Source: an uncultured Candidatus Binatia bacterium (GTDB lineage: Bacteria > Desulfobacterota > Binatia > DP-6). Taken from it: a stretch of DNA of 25,222 nucleotides. The stretch is from NCBI GenBank assembly GCA_964562865.1, contig CAZLYE010000298.1, forward strand, positions 1-25,222. Direction: 5' to 3'. Position numbers and translations under genes: made by a program. Under the pieces are notes generated by a model, which was not told where the DNA came from, ran no database searches, and saw nothing but the letters and a program-made list of their open reading frames with translations. Positions 21,687 to 25,222 of this stretch are shown one piece after another (the stretch's first letter is position 1; each line of letters starts with the position of its first letter).

Positions 21687-23774
21687 ATGAGCGCGGGAGT
21701 CCCTGCGCCCATGGCGACCCAGACTACCGCCCGCCGGCCAGCAGAACACGCCCTTCTCCGCCTGCTGCAGCGGCAGGGAACCCTGCCCGACGCCGAGGCG
21801 GGACGCCTGACCGAGCTGGCGGCGACCAGCGACCTGCCCATCCAGGAGCTGCTCGCCCGCGAGGGGGTGGTGACGGAGCGGGAGCTCGCGGAGCTCCTCG
21901 CCCGGACGCTGCGCCTGCGGTTCGTCGAGCGGTCGGCGGTCTCCCCCGACCCGGCAGCGGCGGAGGTCCTGAGCGAGAGCGTGGCCACCCAGTACGGCGT
22001 CGTCCCGGTGCGGATCGACGGCGGGACCATCGAGGTCGCGACCGCGAACCCGCTCGACTTCGAGGCGCTGAAGGCGGTCGAGTTCGCCACCGGGCGCCGC
22101 GTCCGCGCGATCGTGACGACGCGCGCGGAGGCCTGGGAAGCGCCGCCCGCGCCCGCCCCGGAGCCCGCGCCCGAGCCAGCGATGGCGGCGGAGCCGGCGA
22201 TGGTGGCGGCGCCGGCGTCGCCGTCGGAGCCCGTGTCGGTGGCCGAGCCGCCGGCGCCGGAGCCCGAGCCGGCGCCGGCGCAGCTCGCTGCGGAGCCGCC
22301 GCGCGAGGACGCCGCTCCGGCCGATCCGGCGCCCGCATCGCCGGAGGCGCTCGCGCCACCCGAGCCGCCCGCGCCATTCGAGGCGCCCGCGTCACTCGAG
22401 CCGCCCGCGCCGTTCGAGCCGCCCGCGCCACCCGAGGCCGAGGCGCCTCCGCCGGCCGCGGACGCGTGGGAGCCGATGCCGCTAGCGGTCGTCAGTCCCG
22501 AGCAGGCGTCGCTGTCGGATCCCGACGTCGCCGAGGAGCTCCGCGCCGCGATGGACGAGCTCCGCAACGAGCAGCGGACGGCGGCGGCCGACACGCGCGC
22601 CGCGACCGCCGAGGCACGGGTCGCGGCCGAGCAGGCGGTCGAGCGCGCCACGGCCGCGCTCGAGGCGCTCCGCGAGCAGCTCGCCGACCTCCGCCGCGAG
22701 CAGTACGAGCAGGCCCGCGCGGCGAGGGTCATGTCGGAGCAGGCGGTCGAGCGGGCAGCCGCCGCCGTCGAGCCGCTCCGCGCGCAGATAGCGGAGCTCC
22801 GCCGGGACGTCGGCGAGCAGGCGCGCCTCGCCGCCGACGCCGGGGCGGAGGCGAGCCGCGCCCGCGAGGCCGCCGCCGAGGTCGGAGCACGAGTCGCCCA
22901 GGCGGGGCAGCCGTCCTCCGACCTCGGGGAGACGCGCGCTGCGGTGGCCGCCGTGCGCGACGAGCTCGCGCGGCTGCGGGCCTTCGTCGAGGACGAGATC
23001 ACGCCCAGGATCGCGGCCGCCGAGGGGGCGATTCCGGACGTCGAGCTGCTCCGGTTGACCGTGGACGAGCTGTCGCGGCCGCAGGCCGAGCAGCACGAGG
23101 CCAGCGCCCGGGCGTCGGCCGACGCGGCGCGCGCGATGGAGCAGGCCGACCGGGCGCTGCGTCGGATCACCGAGGCGACCCTGCCGCTCGCGGAGGAGCT
23201 CGGCGCGGTCCGCGCGGCCTGCGGCGAGCTCCGCGCCAGCCACGGCCGCCTCGAGGCGGCGATCGAGCAGCAGGCCGCGGAGACGGAGAAACGGACCGCC
23301 GCGCTCATCACGGGCCGCATGCGGTCCGTGGCGGAGACCGTCGAGGAGGTGCGGCGCTGGCACGAGCTGCAGAAGTCCTCGGCCGCCAACGCTCGGCTCG
23401 AGACGGCGCTCACGCGGCAGCAGGTGACGGAGGCGCTCCGCCGCGTGGAGGCGCTGGCGAGCGGGCCGTCGGCCGACGACCTCCGCGGGCTTCGCGACGA
23501 GATCGAGGCGATGCGGGCAGAGCAGCGCACGCTCGAGCCGCGCGTCGAGGAACGGACCGACACGCGCATCCGGAGCGCGATCGATCCTCTCGCCGCGCAG
23601 CTGCGTGACCTGCGCGGCACCGTCGCGTCACTCGGCGCGGGGCTGCGCGAGCTCGCGCAGACCGTCGGCTGGATCGCGACGGTGAACCGCCTCGCCGAGC
23701 GTCTGGCGGAGCTGACCGACCTCCCGGCGCGCCTGTTCGCCCGTCTGCGGTACGTCCCGCCCGAGCCGCGCTGA
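21687..23774 (+). CDS. T2SSE_N (GspE/PilB N-terminal, MshEN-like) domain + Pro/Ala/Glu linker + long coiled coil; no ATPase domain
   Basis: ELLAREGVVTERELAELLARTLRLRFV…VLSESVATQYGVVPVRIDGGTIEVATANPLDFEALKAVEFATGRRV; heptad-rich C-terminal 450 aa; no Walker A motif. Alternative start ATG 21711. Confidence 0.88.
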   Translation: MSAGVPAPMATQTTARRPAEHALLRLLQRQGTLPDAEAGRLTELAATSDLPIQELLAREGVVTERELAELLARTLRLRFVERSAVSPDPAAAEVLSESVATQYGVVPVRIDGGTIEVATANPLDFEALKAVEFATGRRVRAIVTTRAEAWEAPPAPAPEPAPEPAMAAEPAMVAAPASPSEPVSVAEPPAPEPEPAPAQLAAEPPREDAAPADPAPASPEALAPPEPPAPFEAPASLEPPAPFEPPAPPEAEAPPPAADAWEPMPLAVVSPEQASLSDPDVAEELRAAMDELRNEQRTAAADTRAATAEARVAAEQAVERATAALEALREQLADLRREQYEQARAARVMSEQAVERAAAAVEPLRAQIAELRRDVGEQARLAADAGAEASRAREAAAEVGARVAQAGQPSSDLGETRAAVAAVRDELARLRAFVEDEITPRIAAAEGAIPDVELLRLTVDELSRPQAEQHEASARASADAARAMEQADRALRRITEATLPLAEELGAVRAACGELRASHGRLEAAIEQQAAETEKRTAALITGRMRSVAETVEEVRRWHELQKSSAANARLETALTRQQVTEALRRVEALASGPSADDLRGLRDEIEAMRAEQRTLEPRVEERTDTRIRSAIDPLAAQLRDLRGTVASLGAGLRELAQTVGWIATVNRLAERLAELTDLPARLFARLRYVPPEPR
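22344..22433 (+). repeat. Intragenic 18-nt tandem repeat x5 (EALAPP/EPPAPF/EAPASL/EPPAPF/EPPAPP)
   Basis: Units start at 22344, 22362, 22380, 22398 and 22416; consensus GAGCCGCCCGCGCCA-Y-Y-C. Confidence 0.85.
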
Positions 23775-23775
23775 C

Positions 23776-23793
23776 ACCGCCGCCTCCGGCGGT
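23776..23793. terminator. Short hairpin directly after the stop codon
   Basis: ACCGCCG-CCTC-CGGCGGT (7-bp stem). No U-tract, so terminator function is uncertain. Confidence 0.35.
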
Positions 23794-23908
23794 CCTCCTG
23801 ACGCACGCCATGCGGGACACCATGGACGCCCCCCGGCATTGCCTTGGCAGAGTGTCCGTCTTTTGTGCCCCCCGGACCGCGGATCCGACGCCGGCGTCCA
23901 CCCTGGAA

Positions 23909-23924
23909 CGGCACAGGCGTTGCA
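23909..23924 (+). promoter_or_regulatory. Candidate sigma54 -24/-12 promoter
   Basis: CGGCACAGGCGTTGCA is GGCAC-N5-TTGCA. Predicted +1 near 23935; ATG at 23937. Confidence 0.55.
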
Positions 23925-23936
23925 CTGTGCAGGCGC

Positions 23937-25222
23937 ATGGCAGCGCCGCGGAATAGGGCCGAGGCGCCGGCGGCGCGCGGGGCGAAGGGGAATCCGGAGA
24001 CGTCTCCGGAGGCCGAGGCGCTCGGCAGGCGTCTCGAGGAGATCGAGGCCGCCGCGGCGGCGCCGGTCGACGCCCTCGAGCCGGCGCTCCGGGCGATCAT
24101 CGAGGCCACGGGGGCCGCCGCGGGCGCCCTCTGCCTCTACGATCAGCGGCGCGACCTCCTCCGCCTCGCGGCCGAGGTCGGGCTCTCGGACGACGGCTGC
24201 CACCGCCTGCGCACCGTCCGGCGCGGCGACATCAACTCGTGGGACATGCCGCTCCACGGGCTCCTGAACCGCCGCGCGTACCTGATCGAGAAGGCGTCGC
24301 AGAACCGCTACGTCCCTCCGCTCGTCGAGGACCTGGCGCGCGTGAGGACCGTCGCGTGCCTCCCGCTCCTCGCCGGGACGACGCCGGTCGGGAGCATCGT
24401 CCTCGTCACGGTCATGCCGCGCGTGTTCACGGAGCGCGACATCCGCGGCCTCGAGCAGGCGCTCCGCGCGCTCGCGAAGATGATCGAGGCGCTGCGGCGC
24501 CGCGAAGCCACCGTCTCCTCGACCGCCCGGGCGCCCGTGGCGCCGCCCACCGTGCGCGCCGATCTCCCGCGTGCGCCGCGGTCGGAGCGGCCCGCCCGCG
24601 GTCCCGACGAGCCGACGGGTGCCGATGCGGAGCACGTCCGGTCGCTCGCCGCCGCGCTCGAGGCGGCGCAGCGCGATCAGGCTCGCCTGGCCGCGGCGCT
24701 GCAGACGGCGGAGGCCGAGCGCGCGCGGCTCGCCGAGGTCGTCCGCGGCGAGGTCCCGGCGATCGACCATGCGGAGACGGAGCGGCTCCGGGCGCGGCTC
24801 GCCGAGGCGGAGGCGGGCGCGGCGCACGAGCAGCGCGCGCGCGAGGAGCTCGAGGCTGCCCTCCAGCGCGGCATGACCACGGGGCAGCACGACCTCCGCA
24901 GCGCGCTCGAGGCGGCGCGGCGGGCGGAGACGGCGCACGCCGCGGTCACGGCAGAGAACGCGGGGCTCACCGCCGAGCTCGAGCGTCTCCGCGCCGGCAT
25001 GCCGGTCGACGAGGCGCGCGCCGCGGAGCGACGGGACGCCGACCGGCTGCGCGCGCGGCTCGCCGAGTCCGAGGCCGGCGCCGCGCACGAGCAGCGCGCC
25101 CGCGAGCAGCTCGAGGCCGCCCTCGAGCGGAGCACGACCGAGAGCCAGCGGGCGCTGCGGGTCGCCCTCGAGGCGGCGCGGACCGCCTACGCGGCCCGGA
25201 TCGTGCTCGACGCCGAGAAGGC
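23937..25222 (+). CDS. GAF-domain protein with coiled-coil repeats, truncated by the window edge (absent from the ORF track)
   Basis: Manual translation is open from ATG 23937 to the end: AIIEATGAAAGALCLYDQRRDLLRLAAEVGL…VACLPLLAGTTPVGSIVLVTVMPRVFTERDIRGLE (GAF pattern), then heptad-rich helices. Confidence 0.85.
   Translation, partial: MAAPRNRAEAPAARGAKGNPETSPEAEALGRRLEEIEAAAAAPVDALEPALRAIIEATGAAAGALCLYDQRRDLLRLAAEVGLSDDGCHRLRTVRRGDINSWDMPLHGLLNRRAYLIEKASQNRYVPPLVEDLARVRTVACLPLLAGTTPVGSIVLVTVMPRVFTERDIRGLEQALRALAKMIEALRRREATVSSTARAPVAPPTVRADLPRAPRSERPARGPDEPTGADAEHVRSLAAALEAAQRDQARLAAALQTAEAERARLAEVVRGEVPAIDHAETERLRARLAEAEAGAAHEQRAREELEAALQRGMTTGQHDLRSALEAARRAETAHAAVTAENAGLTAELERLRAGMPVDEARAAERRDADRLRARLAESEAGAAHEQRAREQLEAALERSTTESQRALRVALEAARTAYAARIVLDAEK
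24780..25181 (+). repeat. Internal protein repeat, 261-nt (87-aa) period
   Basis: 24780-24920 ERLRARLAEAEAGAAHEQRAREELEAALQR…LEAAR versus 25041-25181 DRLRARLAESEAGAAHEQRAREQLEAALER…LEAAR. Confidence 0.85.

Noticed and set aside
21687-22140. gspE/pilB secretion ATPase gene
   Set aside because: Only the N-terminal domain is present, with no Walker A/B, Asp box or His box, so no gene symbol is assigned.
1-25222. CRISPR array, tRNA/rRNA, IS or prophage genes
   Set aside because: No regularly spaced repeat-spacer units, cloverleaf or rRNA-like tracts, or transposase, integrase or phage motifs were seen by eye.

Overview
Very GC-rich bacterial chromosomal window, densely coding, with about 27 credible CDSs. 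I found no rRNA, tRNA, CRISPR array, transposase or integrase. Gene content (sigma54-type boxes, lipoproteins, a T2SSE_N/MshEN-like domain, FG-GAP protein with DCNxNG repeats, luciferase-like and Ddn-family oxidoreductases) suggests a diderm Deltaproteobacteria-like organism such as Binatia; that is inference only. Left part (about 0.2-6.8 kb): PadR regulator; a 10-Cys microprotein coupled to an 86-aa partner; a luciferase-like oxidoreductase; an NrsF/DUF1109 anti-sigma factor; two head-to-head paralogous ECF16-type sigma factors; and a 480-aa secreted protein of unknown function directly behind an exact GTAACC-N16-CGAA box. This block is the best candidate for an undescribed metal/oxidant-stress system. 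Middle: Ddn-family reductase, NamZ/DUF1343, small membrane protein, 14-repeat FG-GAP protein, USP, DUF4823-like lipoprotein, orphan, type-B carboxylesterase, Baeyer-Villiger monooxygenase, SDR, beta-lactamase-family serine hydrolase. Right: a coupled lipoprotein-nthB-nthA-accessory-tesB cobalt nitrile hydratase operon with no amidase in the window, then an ATPase-less T2SSE_N/coiled-coil protein and a GAF/coiled-coil repeat protein that runs off the 3' edge. All family assignments come from motif recognition by eye, not database searches. Several start codons were trimmed relative to the ORF track.
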